From assembly GCF_004010195.1 (NCBI RefSeq), contig NC_057751.1, positions 15,182,597-15,246,596 of the forward strand: 64,000 nt of DNA. Direction: 5' to 3'. Positions 24,395-38,899 of this stretch are shown piece by piece (positions within the stretch are counted from its first letter, which is position 1; each line of letters begins with the position of its first letter). Source of the DNA: Chiloscyllium plagiosum. Its lineage: Eukaryota. Position numbers and translations under genes: made by a program. Below the pieces are notes generated by a model. The model saw nothing but the letters and a program-made list of their open reading frames with translations, was not told where the DNA came from and ran no database searches.

Positions 24395-27345
24395 TATTGG
24401 TTTACTAATTAATGTCTGTCAGGGAATCTGCCAACCTCACTTTGTCTGGCCTACATGTTATTCCAGACTAACAGCAATGCGATTGACTCTTAACTGTCCT
24501 CTGAAGTGGCCAAGCAAGGCACTCAGTTGTATCACTTACCAAACATCTCAAGCAAGAAATGAAATTGGACAGAGCACCTGGCATCAACCTAGGCACTGGC
24601 AAAGAACAGCAGAAACAGCCCTGTTGAACCTGAAAAGTTCACCTCACTAAAATCAGAGGGCTAGTGCCAAAATTGGGAGAGCTGTCTCTGTGAAGCAACA
24701 GCCTGAACAGTGTCCTACTCACAGAACCATACCTGACAGAGAAGGTCCCAGCCACTACCATCACCATCCCTGGATACGTCCTGTCCCATCCTCAAGACAG
24801 ACCCAGCTGAGGTGGCAGCACAGTCTGGAGGGAGTTGCCCTGGGAGCCCTCGACAATGACTCCGGATCCAGTGAAGTCTCGTGGCTTCAGGTTAAACATG
24901 GTCAAGGTAACCTGTGCTGATTGCCACATGGCATTCTCCCTCGGCTGATAAAGCAGTACTCCTCCATGTTGAACAACACTTGGAGAAAGAACTGAGGGTT
25001 TCAAGGGCAAGTGAACTCTGGGTGTTCACTCTGTGAAGATTACAATGTCCACCCCTAAGATTGGCTCGACAACAACACTACTGATTGATCTGGTCGGGTC
25101 CTAAAGGATATAGCTGCTTGAATGGGTCTACTGCAAGTGGTGAGGGAATCAACAAAAGGGAAAAAACATACTTGACCTCATCTTCACCAATCTGCTGTCT
25201 GTAGATGTATATGTCCATAGCAGTATTGGTAATAGTGACCACCATACAGTCCTTGTGACGACAAAGTCCTGCCTTCAAACTGAGGATACGTCCATTGTGT
25301 TGTGTGGCACAATCACCATGCTAAATCGAACAGACTTCAAATAGATCTAGCAGCTTAGGACTGAGCATCCATAAAGTAGTGTGAGGCATCAACAGCAGCA
25401 GAATGGTATTCCAACAAACTTTTCAACCTCATGGCATATTCCCCACTCAACCATTACCATCAACCAGGGGATCAACCCTGCCTCAAGGGAGATTCAATGC
25501 ACCAGGCATATCTAAAAATGAGGTGTCAACCTGGTGAAGCAAACCAAACAGGACTACTCGTGTGCGAAACAGCATAAGCAGAAAGTGATAGACAGAGCTA
25601 ATGGCTCCCACAATCAATAGATCAGATCTAAGATCTGCAGTTGTGAATGGCAATGGACAATTAAACAACTCACTGGAAGAGGGATAGAGAGTCCACAAAT
25701 AATCCTTTCATCAATGACAGAAGAGTTGGGTTCAGTGCAAAAATAAGGCTGAAACATTCACAACAATCTTGACCTCCTCCAGTGGTCTCCAGCATCACAA
25801 TTGCCAGTCTTCAACCAATTTGATTTATGTCACGTGATAAAAAAAGGTCATACGCACCGGATATTGCAAAAGCATGAGCCCTGACAATATTCTGGCAGTA
25901 GTACTGAAAACTTGTGCTCCAGATGTCGATGAGCTCTTCCAATACCTTCACAACACAAATATGTACCTGACAATGCAGGAAGTTACCTGAATATGTCCTG
26001 TACAGACAGAGTGGGACAAATCCAATGCAGCCAATTCCTGCCCCATCAGTGAAATATTGGAAGGTGTCATCAATGGTGCTTTCAAGCAGCATCTGCTCAG
26101 CAGTAATTTGCTCAGTTTGGGTTCTGCCAGGATCACTCAACTCCTGACCTCAATACAGTATTAGTTCAAGCATGGATAAAAGAGCTGAATTCCACAGATG
26201 AAGTGAAAATGACAGCCCTTGATATCAAGGCAATGTTTGACTGAGTGTGGCATCAAGGAGTCCTATAAAAACTGGAATCAATGGCTATCAGATGAAAAAT
26301 TTCCAGCTGTTGGAGTCATACTTGGCACGTAGGTTCCGGTAATTGGAGATCAGTCATCTAAGCTTCAGGATGTCTCTGCAACAGTTCCTTCGGGTAGTGT
26401 CCTGGGTTCAACCATATTCAGCTGCTTCAGCAATGACCTTCCTTGCATCATAAGGTCTGAAGTGGAAATGTTGACTGATCATTTCACAATGTTCAGCACT
26501 ATGCACAACTCCTCAGATACTGAAGCAGTCCATGTTCAAATGCAACAAGTTCTGGACAATATCTTGGGTTGGGCTGACAAGTGGCAAGTAATATTTGTGC
26601 CACACAAATGTAAGACAATGGCCATCTCCAATGAGTGAATCTAACTACCTCCCCTTGACATTCAATGGTGTTATCATCACTGAATCCCCCAATATCAACA
26701 CCCTTGGGGTTACCATTGACCAGAAACTCAAATGGACTGACCACATTAACAAATTGCCTACAAGACCAGGTTAGATATCAGGAATACTGCAGCAAGGAAC
26801 TCCTGACTCCCCAAAGCCTGTCCACATTCTGTCAGGGACAAATCAGGAGAGTGATGGAATACTCCCTATTTGCACAGATGGGTGCAACTCCAACAACACT
26901 CAAAAAGCTTGATATCATTCAGGGCAAAAGCAATTTGCTGAGTGGCACCACATCCATAAGCATCCACCATCACTGATACTCAGTAGCGATAGTGTGTGCT
27001 ATCTACAAGATGCACTGCAGAAATTCACCAAAGATCCTTCGACAGCACCTTACAAATCCACTTCCCACTAAAAGGTCAAAGGCAGCAGATACATATGAAC
27101 ACCACCACCTGCAAATTCCCCTCCAAGCCACTCAACATCCTGACTTGGAAATATATCACTGTTCCTTCACTGTCATTGGGTTAAAATCTTGGAATTCCCT
27201 CCCTAAGAGCATTGTGGGTTAACGTATTGCACGTGGACTGCATCAGTTCAAGAAGTCAGTTCACCACCATCTTCACAAGGACAACGAGGGACTGACAATA
27301 AATTCTGGCCAGACAATGACACCATATCCCACACGTGAAAAGAAA
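24395..27345 (+). mobile_element. Near full-length degraded CR1/L2-clade LINE (APE endonuclease and RT remnants)
   Basis: Remnants GLVPKLGELS..KQQP, IPGYV, ALDIKAMFD.VWH, VP.GSVLG..IFS...NDL and WADKWQV.F, with many stops and frameshifts; A-rich tail. Confidence 0.85.
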
Positions 27346-27444
27346 TAAAATAAAACATACAAACATGCAATAAAATCTGTAAAAGTCAGAACATTGCATT
27401 GCAATAAAAGGCCACATTCTGCGTATCCTGGGAGTCAGGAATAG

Positions 27445-28305
27445 AACCAGAAAATATTGGAGATGCTCAGCAAGTCTGGCAGCATTGATTGCAAAAGAAA
27501 TAGAGTCATTATGTTTCAGTTTGATCACTTCTTTTAGAGCCTAAAACAATTGAAGCTTGTGAAGAGTCAGAGAAAGGGGATGAAAGAGCAAAAGGGGTAG
27601 GTCTATCAAAAGTTAGAAGGCAGGAGAAATTGAATCGCACAAGGGATGATGTTGCAAGACAACAAAGATGGTATTGGGACAAATAGAGAGACAAATGCAT
27701 TTAGAAGAGGTGTCAATGGGAATACAAGAACCTTATTCAACAGCTGCTATCTAAATGGAAAATGGGAAGATCTATTTCCTGAAATTATTGGACTCCATGT
27801 TGAGCCTGGAAAGATGTAAAATGCCTGTTTGAAACATGAGGTGATGTTCCTTGCACTGAGGTTTATTGAGTTAATATAGGAGACTAAAGATGAGGAGAAA
27901 TGAGGCCTGCAAGGAAGTGTTCTGTAAAGCAGTTAGTGAATCTATGTTAGGTCCCTTCAGTGTAGAAGAGATTGCATTGTGAGGAGTGACTGCAGTGTAC
28001 TAAAAAGAAAGAAGTCTATGTGAACCATTGTTTCACCAGAAAGGAAGGTTTGGACAATCACCTATGATTTCTGAACTAAATACAGGAAGTGCTGAAGAAA
28101 TTTAGCACGTCTGGTGCCATATGTGGAGAGAGAAACAGAGTTAATGTTTCAAATCTAGTATGAGTATTCTTTGTTTTTGAAGATTATTCACACTGGACTC
28201 AAAATGTCAATTCTAACTCTCTGTAGATACTACAAAACCTGGAGAATTTCTCCAGTACTTTCTGTTTATATTTCAGATTTTCAGTACCTCTGGTATTTTG
28301 CTTTC
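27445..28305. mobile_element. Old degraded Penelope-like element fragments in inverted arrangement
   Basis: Terminal motifs (accagaaaatattggagatgctcagca; caggaagtgctgaagaaatttagcacgtctgg) and reverse-orientation ttttcagtacctc...ttttgctt. Confidence 0.55.
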
Positions 28306-28771
28306 AGGGGGCATTGGTGGAAGAGCAGTAGACGGACAAGGAGAAATTTAATAACAAGATTTTGCGAATTAATTACCAAGAAGATAGTGAGAGTTGAGAT
28401 GGGCAAAACTTGAAGACTTGATGGTTTCAATTTCAGTGCAATAAATGAACTACCATTTGTGGGAAATTGGGGATGCATTGGTCATAATTTTTCCAAGTTT
28501 TTTTAAATTCAGGAGTTTTGTCTATGGATTGGAAAATTGCAAGTGTCAGATCATTGTTTAAGGAAGGAGAAACTACCTATCGAAGGAGCTACCAAATTAC
28601 TATAACTTCCTTACAACAGAGAAACTATTACCAAGTATAGTGTAACTGAAGACTGAGAAGTATGATTTGTGACAGGGTAGGTATAATCTTACTAATCTAG
28701 TTGACTTGTATATAAAACATCACTCATATGATGAAAGAGAGATTGTCATTGAATGTCATGGAAAACCAGGA

Positions 28772-29790
28772 CACCATAAGATGTGGCAGGCCATTCAGCC
28801 CATCAACTCTACTCCACTATTTAATAAGATTATGGCTGATCTGATAATCCTTAAATCCTTTTTCCTGCATTTTCTCCAGAGCTCTTGATTTCCTTACTGA
28901 TTAAAGTCTGTCTATCTTGGGCTTGAATAGACTTAAAGATCTAGTCTTGACACAAATTCACTACAAGAAGAAATTCCTCTTCAGAGGCAACCCTTTATTC
29001 TGAGATTACATCCTGTGGTCCTACATTGTCCCACAAGGGGAAACAACCTGGCCACACCAAAGAATCTTGTATGGTTCAATAAGGTTGTGTGTCATTGTTC
29101 TAAATTCCGATGAATACATACCCAACCTACTCAACCTCTCCTCATAAGAGACCCTCCATTACCAGTACTGGCCTAGTGAATAGTCTCTACATTGCCTGCA
29201 ATACCAACCTTTTTTTTCCTTAGATAAGGGGCCCAAAATTGTTCCCACTATTCCAGTTGTGGCCTGACTGATTGTTTAGTTTTAGCAAGACTTGCCTATT
29301 TTTATATGCGATTCCTTTGAAATAAAGACGAACATTCCATTTGCCTCCCCTTTTACCTGCTGATTTTATATGTGAGCTTTTTTTTGAGATTTATGCACAA
29401 GGACTTCCCTCTGTGTTGTAGCTATCAGCAGACTTTCTCCATTCAAATATTATTCAGATCATCTATTCCTCCCACCCAAGTCTACAATCTCACATTTTCC
29501 CACATCGTGTTCCATCTGCGAAGGTTTTACCCAATTTCTTAACCTGTCTGTATCCCTCTGTGAACTCTTTGTGTCATCTTCAACACTTGTCTCGCCATAT
29601 CTTTCCAATGCAAACTTGGATGTAATATTTCATCTTCCTTGCCCCGGTTGATAACATATTGTAAATAATTTTGGCCCTAACATTGATCCCTCTGGCACTG
29701 CACTCCACAAGTTAGAGGTTCCTAACTGTCTATCTTCTATTAGTTAGCCATTCCTGTATCTATACTAACAGAATGTTTCTAACACCATAG
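28772..29790 (-). mobile_element. Old CR1 LINE (ccataaga-tailed family)
   Basis: ccataaga...ggccattcagcccatc tail and reverse RT-region motifs. Confidence 0.7.
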
Positions 29791-31819
29791 CCTTGAGAGA
29801 AACAAATTGGATTTTTTTTTAAGTGATGAGATGCAAAGATTTATGTACATGCAGAGGGATTTGTTGTGTCCTGTCACTAAATGCCAGTGGAAAAGTCTTA
29901 CAAAAGAGGACATCTAAGTGACTGATTATATGTCGGTCTTTATTTCAAGAGGTTGGAATTAGATTGATGCTATTATCTTCAGGTGGCACGTCGATATTTC
30001 GGTAAAAAGAGTTTGGGGAAACTACTCCAGTTGATCATTGGGAATAGTCTCAATGTTAACATTTGGATCATAGGAAATAAAAGATGTTCATGTTGCCCCC
30101 ATTTGAGACACAAGGAGGGAATTAACAGCACTAAAACCCATTTGAAATTGCATCCATCAACAAGAAATATGCCTGCGGTCTATACAGGATTAAGAAACCA
30201 TCAAGAGAAAAAACAAAAACAAAGGACTATTCAAATTAATGGTATCCATTTCATTTTGGTCAAGTTTTGTAATGCAAACTTTTTCCATTGGCATTAATTA
30301 TGTACTGGAGCCACCAGCCAGCTGCCAAAAGTCACTCCCAGTTTGCTATGTTGTTCCTGTATTTCAAATCATCAGTTGTGTTCTCCCTATTATTGCAATG
30401 ATAATTAATATTAATAATACACAGATACCCCACTGGTTTCCCACCAAAGCAAGGAACCCTAATACTTGACTGTGCCTGAGGAAACGTCTGAGGAAACCCC
30501 GTAAAGCAGATGGGTAACCCAATGAGTGGGGAGTCAAAGAACAGATTTTAGAGAATATATATTGTGAGGCTTAATGGTGCAGGACAACAGCTCAGGAGGA
30601 GAGCAAGGTGGACACAGAGTATCAATAGCCTTGATTTGGCATAATCTGAATCTGATTCATAGACTGAAGATTGGAAAATGATCAATTCCAGTGTGCACTG
30701 ACCACCTCCATCCAAGTCATACCAGCACTTCACAGAACAGATAGAGTTACTGACATTTCTTTGTCAGATTTACATTTTCAAAATCTTTGTTGAATTCACT
30801 CAAAGAGAAAAGCAGATTATCTAATGTGAAATAACATTGATTTATCCTGAACTAATTGTTTTAAGAAAAATTGGGAGTTCACTGAGCGCCTGTCACATCA
30901 TCTGATGAAAACTAAGACCAACTTGTTTATCCCACAGGAAGACTGAAATGTGAATAACAGCACATAATGTCCACTCTTGCAGGATAATGATTCGGGTGGA
31001 GACCTGCGTTTGAATTGCTACAGAAAGATGGGAACCTCTTTACAGGACTGAGCAAACCAGAACCTGTGGAGAATAGTTATGATGTGTGAAATACTTTCAA
31101 AAAGAGTCCATCAATCAATTAAACATGTCCAAAATGGTGGGAACAGGTTTAAGTTTGTTCTGAACTTCCAATGCTTTTATCAGTTCCGTAAGAGGGGTTA
31201 TTAGGTCAAACGTTTACCATGTTTGATTGGCAAGATCCAACTGAAATGTTTCTCTGGTGTTTCTCACTTGCAGGTACTTCGAGACCCCTTTTGTGTATTC
31301 CCAACATTTTTATATTCCCTTTCTTTTTGTGAATAGTTGACAGTTGATGTTTTTCAAAGGATGTCTCCTTTTGTTTCAAAAGCAAAGAATAGATGAGATT
31401 TTGTGGATGTTGGTAAAGATGGAAGGATTAACCATGTGATTTTCTGTCCAGTTTTGTGCAATACATGGCTGTTCAACGCAGAATCTGTACGCTGAAATAT
31501 TTGCATTTTTTAAAGTCACAGGGGTACTAGAAAACACCTCTCCTTCTCCATTGTCTTTTGGTTGAGACTTGAGCTTGCAGATGTCAAATGGCATTTTTTC
31601 TTTTTCTCTTTTTCACATCCTTTTTTTTTGCCTTTCTCTCTCTGTCCCCTATTCTGCCTTCTTATTCCATTGTTTCTTCACTTTTTTTGCCGTCCCCCTT
31701 TTTGAACTCCCTATCTCTAGTGTTTTCTTCATATCTTTTCCATATTCTCTTTTTATGTCTTTGACGCTGTATAAGTATATCATTAAATCACTTTATTTCC
31801 CATTGAATCATAGGTCTCT

Positions 31820-33250
31820 AGTCATAGAGTCACCGTAGAGTTATACAGCATAGAAGCAGACCCTTCAGTCCAACTCGTCCGTGCTGACGAGATATTCTAA
31901 ACTAATCTAGTCCCATTTGCCAGCCTCTGTCCCATGTCCCTCTAAATCCTTCCTATTCATATATTCATTCGAATGGCTTTCAAATGTCATAATTGCCTTC
32001 ACCTCTTTCTTTGAAATCTCATTCCATACTTGCACCACCCTCCGTGTGAAAAGGTTGCCCTTTTGGTCCCTTTTATCTCTTTCCCATCTCACCTTAAACC
32101 CATTCCTTCTAATTTTGGACTCCCCTACCCTGGGGAAAAGACATTTGCTAGTCACCCTATCCATGCCCTCCTTATTTTATAAACCTTTATAAGGTCACCG
32201 CTCAACCTCTGATTCTTCAGGGAAAATAGCCTCAGCCTATTCAGGCTCTCCCTATAGTTCAAACCATCTAACCCTGGCAACTTCCTTGTAAATCTTCTCT
32301 GCTCTCTTTCATGTTTAACAACATATTTTCTATAGCAGGGAGACCAGAATTGAATGCAGTATTCCAAAGTGGCCTTACCAATATCCTGTACAGCCTCAAC
32401 ATGACATCTCAAATCCTATACTCAGTGCACTAACCAGGAAAGGCAAGTGTACCAAATGCCGTGTTCACCACCCTGTCCACCTGTGACTTCACCTTCAAGG
32501 AATTCTGAACCTGCAGCCCAAGGTCTCTTTGTTCAGTAATACTTCCCAGGATCCTACCATTAAGTGTATGAATCCTGCCCTGATTTGCATGACCAAAATG
32601 CAACACTTCACTTTCGAAGGTTATCTAAATTAAACTCCATCTGCCTATCAGCCCATCTGATCAAGGTCCCATTCTACTCTGAGATAACCTTTTTCACTGT
32701 CCCCGACACCGCCAATTCTGGTGTCGTCTGCAAACCTACCAACCATTCTTGCCAATATTAACATCCAAATCACTTATTCAAATGACAAAACAACAGTGGA
32801 CCCAACACTGATCCTTGTGGTACACAGCTGGTCATAGGCCTCTTGTACAAAAAAAATCCTCCATCATCACCCTCTGTCTCCCACCTCCAAGCCGATTTTT
32901 GATCCAAATGGCTAGCTATCTCTGGATTCTACGTGATCTACCATACTAACCAGCCTCCTCTGCGGAACCTTATTGGACACCTTGCTGAAGTCCATATAGA
33001 CTGTGTCCACCACTCTGCCATCATCAATCTTCTTTGTCAGTTCTTCAAAAAATCAAGTTAGTGAGACACGATTTTCCACACATAAAGCCATACTGAGTAT
33101 GCCAGATCAGTCCTTGCCTTTTCAACTACATGTAAATTCCGTGCCTCAGAATCCCCTCCAACAACTTTCCTACCACTGATGTCAGGCCCATTTGCCCACA
33201 GTTCTCTGGCATTTCTTTACCACCTTTCGTAAATAATTACACCACATTTG
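31820..33250 (-). mobile_element. CR1/HER1 LINE, ~1.4-kb 3' portion
   Basis: ORF-track peptides LEYCIQFWSPCYRK and RVVQVWNE; FADDT motif; tail catagagtc. Confidence 0.92.
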
Positions 33251-33637
33251 CACCTCACCATAGTCCTCGATTCTGCAGTTGTGGTGGTTTTATGAAAGTC
33301 TCACGTCAAGTTAAATTTATTTGTCAGCTTTGATTCTACAGGTGCATTGGCCCCCAAAGAAATTCTGCACCATTCTGTTTACAACTGACTTTTAACAAAG
33401 TCTGAAGTGCAATTTAAAAAAAAAAATTGATTTGATTGGATTTGGTACACTGTCATGTGTACCAAACTACAGTGAAAAGTGTTGTATTAAGTGCTTTACA
33501 AGCAGATTGTACTGTACACGTGCATCAGCGTAACAGAACAGAATGCAGGATGCATTGTTACTGCTGCTGAGACGGTGCAGAGAGAGATCAATGTTAAAAT
33601 GCAGATTTTATTTCACAGCATCAGTCAGACCTTAAGG

Positions 33638-35180
33638 CCATAAGACACAGGAGCAGAAAGTAGGCCATTCAGCCCATCGGGTCTGCTCCGCTATTCAATC
33701 ATGGCTGATAAGTTTCTCAAGGCCATTCTCCTGCTTCCTCCCCGTAACCCTTGATCCCCTCGATACTCAAGAACCTATCTATCTCTGTCTTAAATATATT
33801 TATGATCTGGCCTCCACAGCATTCTGTGGCAATGAATTTCATAGATTTACCACTCTCTGGCTGAAGAAGTTTCTCCTTATCTCTGTTCTAAAATGTCTTC
33901 CCTTTACTCTAAAGCTACGCCCTCAGGTCCTTGTCTCTCCTACCAATGGAAACATCTCAACATCTACTCTGTCCAGGCCATTCACTATTCCGTACATTTC
34001 AATTAGATACCCCTCATACTCCAGGACTCCAGAACTGGCTCAAAGGTAGAAGACAGAGGGTGGTGGTGGAGGGTTGTTTTTCAGACTGGAGGCCTGTGAC
34101 GAGTGGAGTGCCACAAGGATCGGGCTGGGTCCATTACTTTTCAACATTTATATGAATGATTTGGATGCGAGCATAAGAGATATAGTTAGTATGTTTGGAA
34201 ATGACACCAAAGTTGGAGGTGTCGTGATCCAACGGGATCTTGATTAGATAGGCCAACGGGCTGAGAAGTGGCAGATGGAGTTTAATTCAGATAAATGCGA
34301 GGTGCTGCATTTTGGGAAAGCAAATCTTAGTAGGACTTATACACTCATTGGTAAGGTCCCAGGGAGTGTTACTGAACAAAGAGAACTTGGAGTGCAGTTT
34401 CATAGCTCCTTGTAAGTAGAGTCGCAGGAAGATAGGATTGTGAAGAAGGCATTTGGCATGCTTTCCTTTATTGGTCAGAGTATTGAGTACAGAAGTTGGG
34501 AGATCATGTTGCGGCTGTACAGGACATTGGTTAGGCCACTGTTGGAATATTCATGCAGAGGGTGGTATGTATGTGGAATGAGCTGCCAGAGGGAGTGGTG
34601 GAGGCTGGTACAATTGCAACATTTAAAAGGCATCAGGATGGGTATATGAATAGGAAGGGTTTCGGAGGGATATGGGCCGGGTGCTGGCAGGTGGGACTAG
34701 ACTGGGTTGTGATATCTGGTTGGCATGGACGGGTTGGACCGAAGGGTCTGTTTCCGTGCTGTACATCTCTATGACTCTATGACTCTAAGTATAAACCCAG
34801 AGTCCTTAAACATTCCTCATGTGTTAAGCTTTTCATTCCTGGGACCATTCTCGTGAAGCTCCTCGGAACATGCTCCAGAGCCAGTACATCCTTCCTGAGA
34901 TATTGGGCCCAAAACTGTGCACAATACTCCAAATGTGGTTTGACCAGAGACTCAGAAGTATGCCTCTGCTTTAATATTCAAGTCCTCTCAAAATGAATGC
35001 CATCATTGCATTTGCCTTCCTAACTACTGACTCAACCTCCAAGTTGACCTGGAGAGAATCCTGGACTTGAACTCCCAAGTTTCTTTGCACTTTAGACTTC
35101 TGAATTTTCTCCCCATTTAGAAAATAGTTCATGCCTCTATTCTTCTTCGCAAAGTGCATGACCTCACACTTTCCCATGTT
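33638..35180 (-). mobile_element. CR1 LINE (ccataaga-tailed family) interrupted by a plus-strand CR1
   Basis: MGKCEVMHFAKKNRGMNYFLNGEKIQ peptide at 34971-35177; resumes after 34788. Confidence 0.85.
34028..34788 (+). mobile_element. CR1/HER1 LINE fragment with internal deletions
   Basis: QNWLKGRRQRVVVEGCFSDWRPVTSGVPQGS and LYRTLVRPLLEY; tail ctatgactctatgactcta. Confidence 0.92.
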
Positions 35181-35224
35181 TTACTCCCTCTGCCCTTCTG
35201 AGCCCACTGTCACAGCCTATCCCA

Positions 35225-36052
35225 GAATGCGGAGATTGTGGGGCTAGGAATAGCAGATGGAGTTTAATTGAGATAAATGTGCACTGTTCCATTTTGGTAA
35301 GCCAAGCCAGGGTAGGACTTGCACAGTTAAAGGGCAGGGCCATGGGGCTGAACAGAGAGACTGAGGGGAACAGGTACAAAGTTTCTTGAAAGAGGTGTCA
35401 CACTTAGAAAGAATGGTGAAGCATTTGGCACACTTCCCAGCGTCGATGATCGCATTGAGTACAGGAGTTCGGATGTCATGTTACAGCTGTTCAAGATATT
35501 GATAAGGCCACATCTGGAGTACTGTGTATAATTCTAGTCACTTTGCTCTAAGAGGGATGTGATTAAACTGGAAAGGCTCCTAAAAAGATTTACAAGGATG
35601 TAACTAAGACTGGAGGTTCGAGTTACAATGAGAGACTGGATAGGCTGGGACTTTTTCCCCTGGAGTGTAAAGACTAAAGGGTGACCTGAAAGAGGTTTAT
35701 AGAATTGTGAGCAACATAGATAAGTTGAATAGTCAAGGTCTTTCCCCCAGGGTAGGGAGTCCAAAACTACAGGGGATAGTTTTAAGGTGAGAAGGGAATG
35801 ATTTAAAAGGCACTTGAGTTGCAACATTTTTACACAGAGGGTGGTGTGCATATGGAACAAGCTTCCAGAGGAAGTAGTAGAGGCAGGTACAATTACACTA
35901 TTTAAAAGACACTTGGACAGGTACCTGGATAGGAAAGGTTTAGAGGAATATGGGCCAAATGCAGGCAATAAGGACCAGTTCAGTATCGGATACCTGTTTG
36001 GCATGGACAAGTTGGGCTGAAGGTTATATTTCCGTGCTGCCTGACTCTATGA
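35225..36052 (+). mobile_element. CR1/HER1 LINE 3' fragment
   Basis: FTQRVVCIWNKLPEEVVEAGTITLFKRHLD; tail tgactctatgac. Confidence 0.9.
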
Positions 36053-37064
36053 CTTGTGATTTTATTGGACAGAGAGAAATGAGGCCCAAGGAGGAGCACA
36101 GGAATGAATTGCCATGGCAGGGGGCAGCACTGGAACAAGGTGGCAAGTTGGCTCTCATGTAGGATGCAGAGTGCTACTGGTACGGGATTGGAAAGGACAG
36201 CATACAAGATGCAAAGGGATAGTGTTAGTACAGTTTGGTGAAGGGCATTACTACAGAATGATGAAGGCCAGCGTTAGTCTGCGGTGCAGAGGGATTCTCA
36301 CTGTACAGAATAACATGGAGGGAGCAGGGCCCTTGGCCACATTTTGAATCCAATGGATCAGTTTGCAGACTGAGTGAAAGCTGGCTGAAACCATGAGGAA
36401 AGAAACAGGAAATTGAGGAATAGAACCACTATGTGCTTGCCTTGAGCTCCCTCTTGTGCTCATATTAATGTCGATTTTTTCAGGACTCCTTTGCAGTCAG
36501 CATGGGAAATGATAACGAGAGTACCAAAATAATTGGGCTGTGAGGTTAGAAAGGGACAGATGAGGATTTAAGTCGCAGATGTTTGGAAGTGGGGCTGGAT
36601 GTAGCAAGCTATGGAGTTAGAAAACTTGTCATATGGACGAGGAATGTAAAGGTTTTAGTATAAATGCAGACTGATTCTTTGCCAACAGATGCCACAGGTG
36701 ACAAACAGGTTATGAATGATTGAGGTGGAAATGTCATCAGTATATTTGTGGAACTTGACATTTTTCTGAAGTTGTCATCGATGGGAATTCAATGATTTCT
36801 GCTGTGTGTGCTATCTAGAATAAATAATTCCTTGCATCTTTATAGAATAATATCTTCCCTATTTATGAAACCTCAAGGCTGTTGACCTTTTTTTGAATTT
36901 GACAATCTGGGGTTGCAATTTCAGGGAGTTGTTCAAGTTGAACAGTTGTTCTCTTGGACCGTAGGATGAGGAGGAGACTGATCACTCCCTCAAGCCTGTT
37001 CATCCCATCAATAAAATAATGACTTGTGACCTAATTGCATATTGCTGCAATTGTCCCCATAGAG

Positions 37065-37600
37065 ACAGAGAAAACTGTAGATGTGAGAATCCAAAGTCGA
37101 CAGGCAGGAGGCTGGAAGAACACAGCAAGCCAGGCAGCATCAGGAGGTAGAGAAGTCAAGGTTTCGGGTGTAACCCTTCTTTAGGACTGGGTGTGGATGT
37201 AGGGGGTGGTGGTAATAGGGTCGTGAAGTGGGGAAAGGTGAAAAACAGGTCGAGGGCATGACCTGGTTGGTCAATGAATCCGGTTGGTGGCAGGGAGGAG
37301 TGGATAGGAGGGGGAGGGGCTGGGAAGGGACTCAGGGATGGGAAGGGAGGTTATTTGAAATTGGAGAACTCAATTTTGAGTCCTCCAAGCCATAGGCTGC
37401 CCAGGTGGAAGATGAGGTGTTGTTCCTCCAATTTGTGGTTTAGTTCATTATGGCAGTGGAGGAGGCCAAGGATAGTCATGTCAGAAAGGGAGTGGGAAGG
37501 GGAATTAAAATGGGCAGTGACTGGGAGGTCCGGTCAGCCCTCATGGGCATGGCTGAGATGCTTGGTGAACCGTTCCCCAAGCTTACTTTGGTCTCCCTGC
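37065..37600 (-). mobile_element. Penelope-like element 3' fragment
   Basis: Reverse strand encodes HFNSPSHS...EEQHLIFHLGSL (GIY-YIG C-terminal region), followed by a degenerate hammerhead-bearing terminus. Confidence 0.8.
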
Positions 37601-38059
37601 TATAGAGAATTGTTCCGTTGGCAATAAATAAACTTACAACCTCAGATCTGAGAGTGACATAGGACTGAACATCAGTTGCCATTTGTAGGTGAATTTCAAA
37701 CTGGATTGGCTCTAATTTGTACACTGACTCCAACATTCCCCCCAAGTCCTCATCTCCCTACTGGGTTTACACCATGTAACCCAATGTTTCCCCTTTCATG
37801 CCCTCCGTACTCTGAGTCCAAATCCAGGTTTTTTTAAAAACTTTGTTTCTATCTCCTCGGAGGCTACCTGACCTGCTGGGTATTTTTAGCATTTTCTCTC
37901 AGTACACCACAAAATAAGTGATTCTTTATCAGCAAGCTTCAAAGGACAGGAATGTAGATTTTAGCTCAGTATAGATAAAAGTCTTCATCGCAACATTCTG
38001 TATCAAAATACTTATTGCAAATTATAATACCTTTGTCCTTAGTAATTTGTCATGCAACA

Positions 38060-38744
38060 TGTTACAACATGGGGTAACCCCCCTCTGTTAATACAGAAAA
38101 TATTTATCTGTGAAAAATCGAGAGGCCAAGAACGAGTCAAAGTAAAAAGTAACAACTTTATTTCTTAAATTACAACAGAAAATAATTAACTAACAACTAT
38201 TTACAACTCCTTCCTCTAACTATTTTTTATTTTCCTTTCTATGATACTAGTCCAATAAAACCCCCGATTAAGATTTACCAAAATTCAGATTTCAAAACCA
38301 GGCAGCTGTCGAATCTTCCCTTTGTATCTTCCTCTGTAGATTTTCTTCTTCTTCGGATTTCTCTTTCACCAGTCATTGATAGATAAATATACCTTGAAGA
38401 GAGCTAATTTTCCGGGCAGTCTGCAGATGTTGGTGGATTGGCAGTTCTCCTTCAACTGTTCATGTTTTCCTGGTCTTACCCCTCAAAGCATCAGATTATA
38501 TCATTGGTTTTTAATATTGTCAATATACTAAATTCAAACTTGATTGGAGTTTGGCATTTTTTTGGGGTATAATTTAAACTGATTCGCCTAATTCAAATTT
38601 ATTTTTGTCTCCAGGCAACCAGCTACTGTAGCGCTGGACCAAAAGGTTACATTGTATCTTGTTCAGAATATTTGGTGCTGTCAGGTAATTCTGCTAGCTT
38701 TTAACTTTCTTAAAGGTACAGTACACTTCTATACCTTCATAACA
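38060..38744 (-). mobile_element. Solo LTR related to 13026-13789
   Basis: TGTTA...TAACA ends; shares cttaaaggtacagtacac and aacaa.tttatt blocks with the 13-kb copy. Confidence 0.7.
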
Positions 38745-38899
38745 CATGATCTTGTTTTTGGACTTTCAATTGAAAATAACATTTTCTCTAAGGCAGAGTT
38801 CCAATACGTCAAGCATGACTTCAGTGAGATTAATAGTTATATGTGAATTAGTATTAGCATGCTGATGTAAAGCCCTGTCAAATATTGTCTGCTGCATTT

